Numbered from the whole stretch's first letter, positions 1 to 11,088 are shown. The stretch is 63,940 nt of DNA, filler included, from Sandaracinaceae bacterium (GCA_947483975.1; 17 parts of 17 records of this genome joined end to end with filler, not necessarily neighbours in it); one strand, 5' to 3'. The notes: a model not told the origin generated them from the sequence alone. Program-made: numbers and translations.

Positions 1-605
1 GACTCGGGGGACGCGGTCAGCGCGTCGTAGGCGCCCTCGTCGTCGAGGAGGGAGGCCTTGGCGAGGACGCGCAGGCGCGTCAGCGACTTCTGCCAGGGGA
101 CGAGGTGCGCGTCGCGCGCGGCGATCGACTTCTGCCAGGCCTTCTGCGGGGCGTCGTAGGCGGTGAGCTTCGCCTCGACCGCGGCGGCGGCGCGCTCGAC
201 CGCGACGCACGCCGCGAGCACGTCCGCGGGGGGCTTCGCCTTGCGAACGTTGCGCGTGAGCTTGCCGCACTCGGCGACCTCCTTCGCGTAGCCGAGGCCG
301 CAGAGGCTCGTGACGCTGTGCGAGGTGAACGCGCCGAACGGCTTGGTGCGCTTCGTCAGGCCGACGCCGATCAGCTTGTCGGCGAGCCGGCCGACCGCGA
401 GATCGAGCGCCTCGTCGGCCGCGCCGACGGCGTCGAGCGCCGCGCGTCGCGCCCGCTCCTTGGTCGCCGCCGCCTCGTGCGCGGCGGCGTACTTCGCGTG
501 CACCGACGAGAACTCCCGCGCGGCGGCCTTGGCCCGCGCGTCGAGCTTCACCTCGCCGAGCCTCCCTACGATCGCATCCCCAAACGCCTTCTCTGGTGTC
601 GTCAT
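1..605 (-). CDS. Hypothetical Ala/Lys-rich helical protein, 3' end runs off the window (absent from the ORF track)
   Basis: ATG at 605 after AGGAAA; open frame MTTPEKAFGDAIVGRLGEVKLDARAK... to the window edge with high GC3. Confidence 0.75.
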   Translation of the reverse strand, partial: MTTPEKAFGDAIVGRLGEVKLDARAKAAAREFSSVHAKYAAAHEAAATKERARRAALDAVGAADEALDLAVGRLADKLIGVGLTKRTKPFGAFTSHSVTSLCGLGYAKEVAECGKLTRNVRKAKPPADVLAACVAVERAAAAVEAKLTAYDAPQKAWQKSIAARDAHLVPWQKSLTRLRVLAKASLLDDEGAYDALTASPE

Positions 606-806
606 CAAACGGGTTTCCTTTCCTGCCAGTGGCGCGGCGACGCTAGCAAACGCGCGCGAGCGTAGGCAATGCCTCTGAGCGATCTACGAGCGGCCTCGGA
701 GCGGCGAGGCGGGCGCCGACGACGTCAGCCCATGGACGAGGCGCCGCGTGGTCCGGTAGAGTCACGGCCGAGGCGAGCGCATCCGCTCGCGGTGGAGGAG
801 CGGAAC

Positions 807-2270
807 ATGAAGCGGCTTGGCTTGTGGATCTCGTGCGGCGCACTCGCGCTCGCTGGTTTCGGCTGCAGCTCGTCCAAGACCGTCGCCAGCGACGATATGG
901 GCGGCATCACCTTCGACGGCGGGCCGGATCTCGGCGGGCCGATCGACGCGTCGCCGCCGCGCGACATGCACGTCCCCTCGTGCGGCGACGGCGTGCTCGA
1001 CCCGATGGAGGTCTGCGACGACGGCAACACCGTCGACACGGACGCGTGCACGAATATGTGCGTGCGTAACCCGACGATGCCGTACTGCGGCGACGGGCGC
1101 ACCGACGCGCCTGAGCAGTGCGACGACGGCGAGAACTTCTCGGGCGACGGCTGCAGCGCGGACTGCCACATCGAGGAGTGCGGCAACGGCGTGCGCGACG
1201 TCGGCGAGCGCTGCGACGGGACGCCGGGCTGCGGCTGCGCGGCGGGCGCGACCTCCTGTGTGCCCGCGGACTGCAACGTGATCACGGCGTGCGGCAACGG
1301 CACGCTCAACGACGGCGAGCAGTGCGATCCTTCGCCGGCGATGTCGCCGCCCGGCTCGTGGGACGCCGACGGCTGTCAGTCGGATTGCTACACGCAGCAG
1401 TCGCTGATCGTGAACACGCTGAGCATCGACCGCACGATGGGCTGCGACTACTCGGGCGACGGCGTGCCGGACAACTCCTTCGGCGCGGCGTTCGGCTCGG
1501 CGCTCGGGCTCCTCAACGGGCAGCTCGATGACGCGATCACGAACGGGCAGTTCATCCTGCTGCTGTCGATGATCGGGCTCGACGACCCGGCGAGCGACTC
1601 GAGCCTGCGGGTCGGCTGGATCACCGGCACCGACACCGACATGATCGCGACGAACAACTTCTCGGGCTCCGCCAACCTCTACGCGGACGCGGCGGCCGTC
1701 GACGCGCTGACCGGCGACCCGGTCACCTCGTTCGGCTCGTCGATCGTCAGCGGTCGCATCTCGGGCGGACCCGAGGACGTCACGCTGCCCATCGCTGGGC
1801 TCTTCCCGCTCGACCTCCGCCGCGCGCGCCTCAACGGCGTCGTCACGGCGGCGGCGGGCGACGTCACGGGCATCACGACGGGCCTGCTCTGCGGCGCGGT
1901 CCCGGTGACGACGCTCGCGGGGCTGCCGAACTTCCTCGACATGATCGGCGGCGGCACGCCGGCGCCGGCCTGCGACGACACCGTCTCGGCGACGAACCTC
2001 GGCGATGTCCTGCTCGGCGGCGCGAACGTCTTCGGCATCCGCATCGGGCCAGCGCAGCCCGACGTCGACCTCGATGGCGACGGCCTCGAGTACTACGTCA
2101 TCGACAACACGGGCGTCTCGGGCTGCCAGGCGGTCGTGAGCGCGTGCGTCGACGGCGACGGCACGATGATCCCGGGCCACGACTGCGCGGGCGATCGCCG
2201 CATGGCCGATGGCTGGTCCGCGGGGCTGCCGTTCACGGCGGTCGGCGCGAACATCATCGGCGTGCGCTGA
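807..2270 (+). CDS. Lipoprotein with Myxococcus cysteine-rich repeats (DUF4215-like)
   Basis: GGAGGAG RBS before ATG 807; signal peptide ending LAGFGC; repeated CG(D/N)G...E.CDDGN motifs. Confidence 0.85.
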   Translation: MKRLGLWISCGALALAGFGCSSSKTVASDDMGGITFDGGPDLGGPIDASPPRDMHVPSCGDGVLDPMEVCDDGNTVDTDACTNMCVRNPTMPYCGDGRTDAPEQCDDGENFSGDGCSADCHIEECGNGVRDVGERCDGTPGCGCAAGATSCVPADCNVITACGNGTLNDGEQCDPSPAMSPPGSWDADGCQSDCYTQQSLIVNTLSIDRTMGCDYSGDGVPDNSFGAAFGSALGLLNGQLDDAITNGQFILLLSMIGLDDPASDSSLRVGWITGTDTDMIATNNFSGSANLYADAAAVDALTGDPVTSFGSSIVSGRISGGPEDVTLPIAGLFPLDLRRARLNGVVTAAAGDVTGITTGLLCGAVPVTTLAGLPNFLDMIGGGTPAPACDDTVSATNLGDVLLGGANVFGIRIGPAQPDVDLDGDGLEYYVIDNTGVSGCQAVVSACVDGDGTMIPGHDCAGDRRMADGWSAGLPFTAVGANIIGVR

Positions 2271-2304
2271 CGCTCGCCTCGCCCGTGGTAACCTCGCCCG
2301 CGTC

Positions 2305-3639
2305 ATGAGCTCCGACTCCGCGGGCGACGTCGCCCACACCGCGCTCGATCAAGCCTACGGCCGTTTCATCGCGGGAGATCGGGACGGGGCGCTGCGCCTC
2401 GCGATCTCCGTGCTGGAGGACGCGTCGTTCCAGGTCGGCGCGGCCTTGCTGACGGTGCGGGTGCTCGCGAAGGAGCACCGCGGCATCGTCGCGGCCGAGG
2501 TCGCCGGGCGGCTCGTCGACGCGTTCGTCAGGCGCGGGGATCTCGCCTCGGCGGTGGTCGCGGCGCGCGCGATCGAGGACTGCGGCGAGAAGGCGCAGGC
2601 GCACTTCGCCGCGATCGCCAAGGCGTTCGGCAAGGGGAGCGCGCGCGTCAGCGATGTGTCGCAGGCGCCGCCGCCGCTGCCGGCCTCGCCGGGCGTCTCG
2701 CGCGCGCTGGCGAAGCTGAAGGGCGAGGCGCTCGGTGATCGCGCGGAGGTCGCGCTCGCGCAGCTGCTCGCGCAGGACGATCCGGTCGCGGCCGACACGC
2801 TGCTGCCGAAGCTGCCGCTCGTCGGCGCGCTCGCGCCCGCGGTGCTCGAGCGGATGCTGACGGCGCTCACGGTGCGCGACTTCGCGGCGGAGTGCGATGT
2901 GCTGCGCCAAGGGGACGAGGGGCGCGAGGCGTTCATCGTCGTGCGCGGTGCGCTCCGCGCGCTGCGGCAGGGCGACGACGGCAGCGAGACGACGCTGGCG
3001 CTCCTCGGGCCGGGCGCGATCTTCGGCGAGATGGCGCTCGTCTCGGACTCGCCGCGCGCGGCGCGGATCAACGCGATCGAGGAGGTCACGCTGCTCGTCG
3101 CGGCGCGCGATGTCCTCGAGCAGATCGCCAAGAGCGAGCCGGTGCTCGGCGCGGAGCTCGCGTCATTCTGCCGCGGGCGCATGATCGGGAACCTGCTCCG
3201 GCACAGCGCGATCTTGCGCGCGGTCGCGCCGTCGGAGCGCGCTGACCTGATGGGGCGCTTCGAGACGCGCACGTTCGCCGCGGGGGAGCGCCTCGTCGAG
3301 GCGGGCACCGAGGCGGAGGGGCTGTTCTTGATCGCGAGCGGCACGGTGCGCGTGTCGAGCGAGGACGCGGACGGCGACACGATCGTGCTCGCGCACCTCG
3401 GGCCAGGGGATGTCGTCGGCGAGATCTCGCTCGTGCTGCGGCGCCCCGCGACGGCGGACGTGACGGCGGAGCACGCGACGATCGCGCTCGAGCTGAAGCG
3501 CGAGCAGTTTCACGCGGCGATCAAGGAGCATCCGACGCTGCTCGGGGAGCTCTACGAGCTCGCGACCAAGCGCGAGGAGGAGACTCGCTCGGTCGTCGCG
3601 CAGGAAGCCCTCGACGCCAGCGACTTCGTGATCGTGTGA
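2305..3639 (+). CDS. Protein with tandem cyclic-nucleotide-binding domains
   Basis: Two cNMP cassettes (GPGAIFGEMAL...PRAA and GPGDVVGEISL...PATA); no HTH seen. Confidence 0.85.
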   Translation: MSSDSAGDVAHTALDQAYGRFIAGDRDGALRLAISVLEDASFQVGAALLTVRVLAKEHRGIVAAEVAGRLVDAFVRRGDLASAVVAARAIEDCGEKAQAHFAAIAKAFGKGSARVSDVSQAPPPLPASPGVSRALAKLKGEALGDRAEVALAQLLAQDDPVAADTLLPKLPLVGALAPAVLERMLTALTVRDFAAECDVLRQGDEGREAFIVVRGALRALRQGDDGSETTLALLGPGAIFGEMALVSDSPRAARINAIEEVTLLVAARDVLEQIAKSEPVLGAELASFCRGRMIGNLLRHSAILRAVAPSERADLMGRFETRTFAAGERLVEAGTEAEGLFLIASGTVRVSSEDADGDTIVLAHLGPGDVVGEISLVLRRPATADVTAEHATIALELKREQFHAAIKEHPTLLGELYELATKREEETRSVVAQEALDASDFVIV

Positions 3640-3827
3640 GAGCCGGGCTTCCGTGGCGCGTGGCTTCAGCGAGCGTGCTCGCTGGCGCGCTCGGAGTCGT
3701 CGGCGTCGCGAGCGCCTTCGGAGGGGACGACGGGCACCTCGGCGCGGCGCTCGCGGGCGCGCTCAGCGCGCTCCTCGGGGCGGTCGGCGTAGGGCTCAGC
3801 GCCCGCCGGACCGACGTCGCGCTGCGA
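3636..3827 (+). CDS. Hypothetical membrane protein, N-terminal fragment
   Basis: GTGA overlap with the upstream stop; two hydrophobic segments; cut by the contig end. Confidence 0.5.
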
Positions 3828-3927
3828 NNNNNNNNNNNNNNNNNNNNNNNNNNNNNNNNNNNNNNNNNNNNTTAATTAATTAANNNNNNNNNNNNNNNNN
3901 NNNNNNNNNNNNNNNNNNNNNNNNNNN

Positions 3928-4240
3928 AGGCCGTCGCCGTCGCGGGCCCGCCGCCGTCGCCGCACTTGCGCGCCTGGTAGCCCGCGCCGCGCGCGTCGAT
4001 GCTGCCGCCCGCGTCGACGATGATCGAGTTGGCGATCAGCACGAGGTCGCCCGTGTTGAGGCGATCGACGCCGTTGTATTGCGGCACGAGGATCCGCCCG
4101 GTGCTGCGCACGTGCACGGTGTTGAAGTGCTGCACGCCGCCGAGCGTGATCGTCGTCGTGACGTCGAGGTCCTGGGCGCTGGCGGAGGTGGACGAGAGGA
4201 CGAGGGCGACCGAGAGCGCCGCGGAGACGAGGAAGCGCAT
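3928..4240 (-). CDS. Secreted Gly-rich protein, N-terminal fragment
   Basis: Signal peptide MRFLVSAALSVALVLSSTSASA-Q; GSIDARGAGY motif; truncated. Confidence 0.7.
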
Positions 4241-4343
4241 CCGACACAGTAGCCGCGCGAGCGGCCGGGCGCGACGCCCTTTGCGACGTGCGTGTTACGC
4301 TCCGCGCGTTCGCGCAGCGCACCCCATGCGAGGTTCCGTACCG

Positions 4344-7220
4344 ATGACACCGCTCTCCCGTACTCCGCTCTTCTTCTGCTGTTTGACGGTGCTCTCGCTC
4401 TCGCTCGGCGCCTGTGGCGACGATGACGCGACGCCCGACGCGGGCTCGCCCGACGCCGGTCCGCCCGACGCTGGCCCCGGCGCGCGCACGACGTTCCCCG
4501 GGCTCGATGGGCACGTCGAGGTCACGCGCGACACGCGCGGCATGGTGCACATCTACGCGACCACGACCCACGACGCGATGTTCGTCGAGGGCTACGCGAT
4601 GGCGCTCGATCGCTTCCCGCAGATGGAGCTGATGCGCCGCGCGGTCACCGGGCGCCTCTCGGAGTTCAACCCGACGGCGGACGCCGCCTCGATCGACGGC
4701 GACCTCGAGGCGCGCTGGAGCGGCCACGCGCGCAACGCCGAGGCGATCTACGCGACGCTCGCCGCGGACAGCGACGAGAAGCTCGGCGTCGACGCGTTCA
4801 GCGCGGGCGTGTCGCTCTACATCGAGGACCTGCTCGCGGAGCGCGTGGACCTGCCCGCGGGGGCCGAGGTCGTCAACTTCATCATCTCGAGCGGCACGCT
4901 CGACGCGTGGCGCCCGCAGGACACGCTCGCCATCGCCCGCTACATGACGCACTCGCTCGGCTACGCCGCGAGCGAGGAGATCGCGCTGACCGGCGCGCGT
5001 GAAGCCGCCGCGATGGAGTTCCCGGCGGGCGATCCGCGCGCTGACCTCTTCAGCGACCTCTGGTCGTTCGCGCCCGCCGAGGGCGTCTACGCGCGCAACG
5101 GCGTGCCGAACCTCGGCACGGACACCGGCACGCGCGCGCTTCGTCCGCCGCACGCTCCCGGCCTCACGCTGCCGACGTTCCACGCGGACCGCGCCGCGCT
5201 CGCGAACGCGACCAACTTCTTCGCGGGCGCCGACCTGCTCACGCAGCGCATGGGCAAGAGCGAGCGCGGCTCGAACAACTGGGTCGTCAGCGGCACGAAG
5301 ACGGCGACCGGCAACTCGTTCTTGATGAACGACCCGCACCTCTCGCTGAACAACCCGCCGCTCTTCTGGTTCGTGCAGCTCAACACCAAGCGCGACGGCG
5401 GACCGGGCGCGAACCTCAACGTCTCGGGCCTCGCGCTCGTCGGCTCGCCGGTCGTGCTGCTCGGCTACAACGACTCGATCGCGTGGGGCCTGACGGTCGC
5501 CTATCACGACGCGACGGACGTCTATCAGGAGACGATCACCGACGGCGGCGCGGGCCCCGACACGGTCCTCTTCAACGGCGCGCAGGTGCCGATCGAGACC
5601 GTCACCGAGACCATCCACGTCGCGGGCGGGCCGGACGTCACGGGCACCTTCGAGCGCGTGCCGCACCACGGCTTCATCGTCCCCGAGATCCGCGACGGCA
5701 TGGTCGTGCCGCGCACCTCGAGCACCGCGCTCTCGGTGCGCTGGACGGGCGATCATCCGTCGAACGAGGCGGGCGCGATCTACCGCATCAACGTCGCGAC
5801 GAGCATCGACGAGGCGCGCACCGCGCTGCAGTCCTTCGAGACGGGCGCGCAGAATTTCGTCTTCATCGAGCGCGGCTCGGACGACATCTTCTGGTCGACG
5901 CAGGCGTTCGTGCCGGTGCGCCCGGACGCCTGCCTCACCTACGACCCGGTGACGCGCGCGGGCGTCGGCCCGATGTTCGTCCTGCCGGGTGACGGCACCT
6001 GCGAGTGGGCCGCGGCGCCGATGTCGGACCGCTACATCCCGCACGATCTCAACCCCGCGCGCGGCTTCATCGCGACCGCGAACCAAGACCCCGTCGGCGC
6101 GACGGACGACGGCAACCCGCTCAACGAGGGCACTCCGACGGAGCCCTTCTACGCCGGCTGGGACTACGACCTCGGGCACCGAGAGGCGCGCATCACGAGC
6201 GAGCTCACGCGCCTGACGACGCGCGGCAACGTCACCGTCGAGGAGATGCGCGCGATCCAGAACGACGAGCGCTCGCCGCTCGGCGCGCTGCTGACGGCGT
6301 CGCTCGTGACGTCCCTCGAGCACGCGGCGGAAGAGGTCGCGACGCCGGGCGCGCACCCGGAGCTCACCGACGAGGTCACCGCCGCCGGTCCCGCGACGAT
6401 GGCGCGCGTCGATCAGGTGCGCGAGCGCCTCGCGGCGTGGGGCTTCACGACGCCGGCCGGCGTCGAGGGCACGCCGACTCCGACCGAGATCTCGGAGAGC
6501 GTCGCGACGACGCTCTTCAACACCGCGCTCACGCGCATCGTCCGCGGCGCGTTCCTCGACGAGACGACTCGCCTCGGTCATCAGCCCTCGAGCGACACGA
6601 TCTCCAAGACGCTCGAGCGCGCGCTGCTGCACTCGGCGGCGGGCGATCCGAAGCGCCTCGCGACGTTCGACCCCGCCATCGGCGACACCATCCTCTGGGA
6701 CGACGTCTCGACCGTGGGGACGATCGAGACGCGCGACGAGATCATCCTGCGCGCGTTCGTCTCGATGCTCGACGCGATGGAGACGCGCTTCGCCTCGGCC
6801 GACCTGGACACCTGGCGCTGGGGCGTGCTGCACACGCTGCTCCTCTCGAGCGCGGGCTCCGTGCCGCCGGTCGGGCGTGACCGCTTCACGCTGCCGCTGC
6901 GCACGAGCACGACGTTCCCGAACGGCTACCCGCGGCACGGGGACCTCTGGGGCGTGGACGCGTCCAACTTCAGCATCTGGACCTCGACGGACGACTACTC
7001 GTACGAGTCCGGCCCGCAGCAGCGGCTCGTCGTCGAGATGACCGACACCGGGCCGAAGATCTGGAACGCGCTCGCCGGCTCGCAGGTGCTCAACGGGAGC
7101 AGCCCGCACTTCGGCGACGAGATCGAGCTGTGGCGTCACAACGAGGCGCCGCCGCTCTACTTCACGGACACCGACGTCGCGGCGCACGCCGAGTCGACGA
7201 CCAACTACACGCCCGAGTGA
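4344..7220 (+). CDS. Penicillin acylase family Ntn-hydrolase lipoprotein (alternative start 4326)
   Basis: GSNNWVVSG autoproteolysis/nucleophile motif, NDPHL, ATANQ; lipobox LGAC. Confidence 0.9.
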   Translation: MTPLSRTPLFFCCLTVLSLSLGACGDDDATPDAGSPDAGPPDAGPGARTTFPGLDGHVEVTRDTRGMVHIYATTTHDAMFVEGYAMALDRFPQMELMRRAVTGRLSEFNPTADAASIDGDLEARWSGHARNAEAIYATLAADSDEKLGVDAFSAGVSLYIEDLLAERVDLPAGAEVVNFIISSGTLDAWRPQDTLAIARYMTHSLGYAASEEIALTGAREAAAMEFPAGDPRADLFSDLWSFAPAEGVYARNGVPNLGTDTGTRALRPPHAPGLTLPTFHADRAALANATNFFAGADLLTQRMGKSERGSNNWVVSGTKTATGNSFLMNDPHLSLNNPPLFWFVQLNTKRDGGPGANLNVSGLALVGSPVVLLGYNDSIAWGLTVAYHDATDVYQETITDGGAGPDTVLFNGAQVPIETVTETIHVAGGPDVTGTFERVPHHGFIVPEIRDGMVVPRTSSTALSVRWTGDHPSNEAGAIYRINVATSIDEARTALQSFETGAQNFVFIERGSDDIFWSTQAFVPVRPDACLTYDPVTRAGVGPMFVLPGDGTCEWAAAPMSDRYIPHDLNPARGFIATANQDPVGATDDGNPLNEGTPTEPFYAGWDYDLGHREARITSELTRLTTRGNVTVEEMRAIQNDERSPLGALLTASLVTSLEHAAEEVATPGAHPELTDEVTAAGPATMARVDQVRERLAAWGFTTPAGVEGTPTPTEISESVATTLFNTALTRIVRGAFLDETTRLGHQPSSDTISKTLERALLHSAAGDPKRLATFDPAIGDTILWDDVSTVGTIETRDEIILRAFVSMLDAMETRFASADLDTWRWGVLHTLLLSSAGSVPPVGRDRFTLPLRTSTTFPNGYPRHGDLWGVDASNFSIWTSTDDYSYESGPQQRLVVEMTDTGPKIWNALAGSQVLNGSSPHFGDEIELWRHNEAPPLYFTDTDVAAHAESTTNYTPE

Positions 7221-7242
7221 GCCGCGCTCGCGAAGCACTCGC

Positions 7243-7743
7243 GTGAGCGTGCCCGCAGCTCTTCAGGCGTCGCTCGACGCGCTCCTCGACGGCGAGGAGC
7301 TCAGCGACGACGCCATCGCGGGCACGTTTCGCGTGCTGCAGCGCGTGCGTGGGCACCGCTACTCGCTCGACGACGTCGCGACGGCGTGGGTCGCGGCGCG
7401 CGCGCAGCCGACGGCGCGCCGCGTGCTCGACCTCGGCTGCGGGCTCGGCTCGGTGCTGACGATGCTCGCGTGGAAGCTGCCCGAGGCGCGCCTCGTCGGC
7501 GTCGAGGCGCAGGGCATCTCGTTCGCGCTCGCGCAGAGAAACGTGGCGCGAAACGCCGGCGTCGGGGCGCGCACGACGCTCGTGTACGGCGACCTCCGCG
7601 ACGACGCGGTGCTCGCGCGCGCGCTCGCGGGCGGGCCGTTCGACCTCGTCAGCGGCACGCCTCCGTATATGCCGCCGGGCACCGCGACGCCGTCTCCCGA
7701 CTCGCAGCGCGCGCACGCGCGCATCGAGCTGCGGGGGGGTGTC
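7243..7743 (+). CDS. SAM-dependent methyltransferase, TrmN6/YfiC-like, 3'-truncated
   Basis: GHRYSLDD, VLDLGCGLG (motif I), GTPPY (motif IV variant). Confidence 0.75.
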
Positions 7744-7845
7744 NNNNNNNNNNNNNNNNNNNNNNNNNNNNNNNNNNNNNNNNNNNNTTAATTAATTAAN
7801 NNNNNNNNNNNNNNNNNNNNNNNNNNNNNNNNNNNNNNNNNNNCC

Positions 7846-9849
7846 GACACCGTCTGCTGCGCGACCGGCGACCTCTGCTACCTCGGCGCGTGCACGACGC
7901 CCGGCCCCGCGTGCGCGTCGACGCGCGACTGCGCCGACGGCCTCTACTGCGAGCCGACGGCGCTGCGCTGCCTGCCGCGCGCGACCGGCACGATGTGCGA
8001 GTACCGCCCGCCCGTCGGCCCGCTCGAGCTGAACGAGAAGTGGCACTGGACCGGCGACGCGGAGGTCTTCCCGACGCACGCGCAGGTGATGATGGCGCCG
8101 ATGGTCGCCAACCTCGACGACGACAACGGCGACGGACTCATCGATCAGAACGACATCCCCGACGTCGTCTTTCACACCTTCACGGGGGCCGACTACTGGG
8201 GCAACGGCATCCTGCGCGCGGTGCGCGGCTCCGACGGCGCGCGCCTCTGGCCGCTGCCCTCGCTCGACCCCGGCTACCGCACGACGCCCGGCGGCGAGGT
8301 CGCGATCGGCGACGTCGACCCCACCTCGCCCGGCCCCGAGATCGTCGCCTGCAGCGCGAGCACGCGCCCCGCGACCGCTGGCCACGTCCTGATCATCCGC
8401 GCGGACGGCACGCTCCTGCGCGAGTTCCCGACCGTGCCGTGCGGCTTCGACGCGCCGGCGATCGGCGACCTGGACAACGACGGCGTCCCCGAGATCGTCG
8501 TGCGCTTCGTCGTGATGCACGCCGACGGCACCATCGTCCGCACGCTCGTCGACGACCCCGCCGTGACCGGCGCCTACGTCACGCTCGTCGACGTCGACGG
8601 GGACGGGACGCTCGAGATCGCGAGCTCCTCGGTCGTCTTCCGCCTCGACGGCAGCGCCGTCTGGGACCGCCGCGCGGCGGGCGCGCTCGGCGCCGCGGTG
8701 CCGAGCGGCGGGCAGGTCGCCATCGGGGACCTCGACCTCGACGGCGACGCGGAGCTCGTCACCGTGACCTCCGGCGATCACGCGATCCGCGCCCTCGACG
8801 CCGCGACCGGCGCCGACGTCTGGGGCCCGATCGACATCAACCCGCTCGACGACGCGACCGTCGCCGCAGACGTCGCGGCCGACACCGGCCTCGGTCGCGG
8901 CGGCGGACCGCCGACCATCGCGAACTTCGACTCCGACCCCGAGCCGGAGGTCGCGTTCGCGGGCGGCTTCGCCTACGTCATCTTCAACCACGACGGCACG
9001 CGCCTCTGGTACCACGTCACCACCGACCGCTCCTCGCGCGTCACCGGCTCGAGCGTGTTCGACTTCGAAGGCGACGGCGTCGCCGAGGTCGCCTACAACG
9101 ACGAGCGGCAGTTCCGCATCTACAGCGGGCCCGACGGCACCGAGCTCTACTCGCGGTGCAACACGAGCGGCACGCTGCGGGAGTATCCGCTCATCGTGGA
9201 CGTCGACAACGACGACCACGCCGAGGTCGTGCTGATGGCCAACAACTACGCCTTCGGCTGCCTCGACGGCACGCCGAGCGGCACCGGCATCTACGTCTTC
9301 GGGCACCCGCGCAACGAGTGGGTGCGCACGCGCCGCATCTGGAACCAGCACACCTATCACGTCACCAACGTGAACGAAGACGGCACCATCCCGCGCACCG
9401 AGGCGCGCAACTGGACCGTCCCGCGCCTCAATAATTTCAGGCAAAACGTGCAGCCCGACGGCCTCTTCGACGCGCCGGATCTCACGCTCACCGACCTCAG
9501 CGCGTCGACGAGCGCGTGCCCGACCTCGCTCGCGCTATCCGTCCGCGTCGTCAACCGCGGCGCCGCCGGCGCCCCCGCCGGGATGCCCGTCACCTTCTAC
9601 GACGTGACGAGCGGCACGCGCGTGCGCGTCGGGCGAGTGACCACGACCCGCGCGCTCCTCCCCGGCGAGAGCGAGGTCGTCACGCTCACACCGGGCTTCG
9701 CCGTGCCCGTCGGCATGGCGACGACGACCTTCCGCTTCGACGCGGTGCTCAACGACGCGACCGATATGCCGCGCGACGACGTGCACCAGTGCGACACGAG
9801 CAACGACTCCGCGACGGCGATCGAGGTGACTTGCCCGTCGATTGGGTGA
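7846..9849 (+). CDS. FG-GAP/VCBS repeat protein with C-terminal Ig-like (CARDB-like) domain, 5'-truncated
   Basis: Repeated GDLDxDGxPEIV units, SSVFDFEGDG, WNQHTYHVTN; frame open back to the contig start. Confidence 0.85.
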   Translation, partial: DTVCCATGDLCYLGACTTPGPACASTRDCADGLYCEPTALRCLPRATGTMCEYRPPVGPLELNEKWHWTGDAEVFPTHAQVMMAPMVANLDDDNGDGLIDQNDIPDVVFHTFTGADYWGNGILRAVRGSDGARLWPLPSLDPGYRTTPGGEVAIGDVDPTSPGPEIVACSASTRPATAGHVLIIRADGTLLREFPTVPCGFDAPAIGDLDNDGVPEIVVRFVVMHADGTIVRTLVDDPAVTGAYVTLVDVDGDGTLEIASSSVVFRLDGSAVWDRRAAGALGAAVPSGGQVAIGDLDLDGDAELVTVTSGDHAIRALDAATGADVWGPIDINPLDDATVAADVAADTGLGRGGGPPTIANFDSDPEPEVAFAGGFAYVIFNHDGTRLWYHVTTDRSSRVTGSSVFDFEGDGVAEVAYNDERQFRIYSGPDGTELYSRCNTSGTLREYPLIVDVDNDDHAEVVLMANNYAFGCLDGTPSGTGIYVFGHPRNEWVRTRRIWNQHTYHVTNVNEDGTIPRTEARNWTVPRLNNFRQNVQPDGLFDAPDLTLTDLSASTSACPTSLALSVRVVNRGAAGAPAGMPVTFYDVTSGTRVRVGRVTTTRALLPGESEVVTLTPGFAVPVGMATTTFRFDAVLNDATDMPRDDVHQCDTSNDSATAIEVTCPSIG

Positions 9850-9880
9850 GGCGGACTTGGTTGTTCAGGCGCCGACCGGA

Positions 9881-9960
9881 CGACCCGACCGGGGTTGGTT
9901 TCGGAACCCACGCTCGGCGTGCGACCCGACCGTGGTTGGTGTCGGAACCTACGCTCGGCG
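9881..9960. repeat. Two 39-bp direct repeats (period 41, 36/39 identical) with imperfect internal palindrome, downstream of the RAYT gene
   Basis: cgacccgaccggggttggtttcggaacccacgctcggcg and cgacccgaccgtggttggtgtcggaacctacgctcggcg. Confidence 0.9.
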
Positions 9961-10173
9961 CGGAGTCATCGCCGGGCACCGCGGACCGTTTCCGTCCCCC
10001 CGACGCGTATTGGTCGCGCGCGCAGGCCGCTCAACACCGCGCTCGAGCTCGCTCAGAGCCCGTCTCCGGTCGCACCCCATCCCGCCAGGCCCATTCTCTC
10101 GCCCCGCGGACGCACGTCTCCCTCGACGGCCGCACTTCCCGCCCGCGCTCACCGCCGACTTGTCAGTCGCGCG

Positions 10174-11076
10174 CTACGTGACGACGGCGGCGCCGTGATG
10201 GCGCACCATCCACCACGTGCCGGCCGGGAACACAGCGTCGCGCAAACCGGCGCACCATCGCTCGAGCGCTGCGTCATAGGCCGCCGCAAACGCGCGCAGC
10301 GCCCTAATCGCGGCCTTGTACGCGCCGGGGACCCCGCCAACCGCGAAGGTGGGATTGCGCGACACGAGTGCCTCGATGCTAGTCGCGCGGTCGTACGGCG
10401 ACACCCTCTCTGCGCGGTCAGCGCCGAGGAAGTTCCAGCCCTTCTCAGCGACCTCTTCGCGCCCGCGAATCTCTTGCTCTTTGACCGACGCGCGGACCGC
10501 CCCGCGCCACGCATCGGCGTCTTCCGGCGCGACGCTCGGCGGAAGCCCGAGTTCAAGCTCGGCGTAGTCGGGCCAGTAGTCGTTCTCGGCATCGAAGTAG
10601 TAGTCGGGGCGCGCGGCGCGCATGCGGCCACCGGCGAGGTCGGCGACACGGCTCTTGGCGCCCGGCCACTCACGCGCATACCGCACGAGCCCGGCAGCCA
10701 CGGGATTCGTAAGCGCATAGCCGACGGCGTTGACGATCGCCTCGGGCGTTGTCAGCTGAACCACTGAAGTCTGTGCGTTGTCCCAAACCGCGCCCTCCCA
10801 CTCGCGCAGGACCTTGAGTCCGAGCGCCACCAGCCGGTGGAAGAACGCGAGAAAATCGGGCAGTTCGCCGCGCGTGTCGGTCGCCACGAGGTGGTAGTGA
10901 GACGACATCACGTCGAACGCGTGGACGGCCAGGCCGTAGCGCGTGGCCGAGACCGCGAGCGCATAGACGAACAGCTGTCTCACCTCACTGTCTGGCCGGA
11001 GCAGGAAGTGCCGGCGCAGCGTGCGGCGCGTGATCAGGACGGTGGAGCCGACGACGACAGGGCGAGCGCGGGACAT
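10174..11076 (-). CDS. REP-associated tyrosine transposase (RAYT/TnpA-REP-like, HUH Y1 nuclease) with C-terminal extension
   Basis: N-terminal ITRRT, HUH in VMSSHYHLV, catalytic Tyr in GYALTNPVAAGLV, then EWPG. Confidence 0.88.
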   Translation of the reverse strand: MSRARPVVVGSTVLITRRTLRRHFLLRPDSEVRQLFVYALAVSATRYGLAVHAFDVMSSHYHLVATDTRGELPDFLAFFHRLVALGLKVLREWEGAVWDNAQTSVVQLTTPEAIVNAVGYALTNPVAAGLVRYAREWPGAKSRVADLAGGRMRAARPDYYFDAENDYWPDYAELELGLPPSVAPEDADAWRGAVRASVKEQEIRGREEVAEKGWNFLGADRAERVSPYDRATSIEALVSRNPTFAVGGVPGAYKAAIRALRAFAAAYDAALERWCAGLRDAVFPAGTWWMVRHHGAAVVT

Positions 11077-11088
11077 GCGCGAGCACCG

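Noticed and set aside
7243..7743. Methyltransferase as a restriction-modification enzyme
   Set aside because: N-terminal motifs fit the TrmN6/YfiC-like family and no nuclease is present on the contig.
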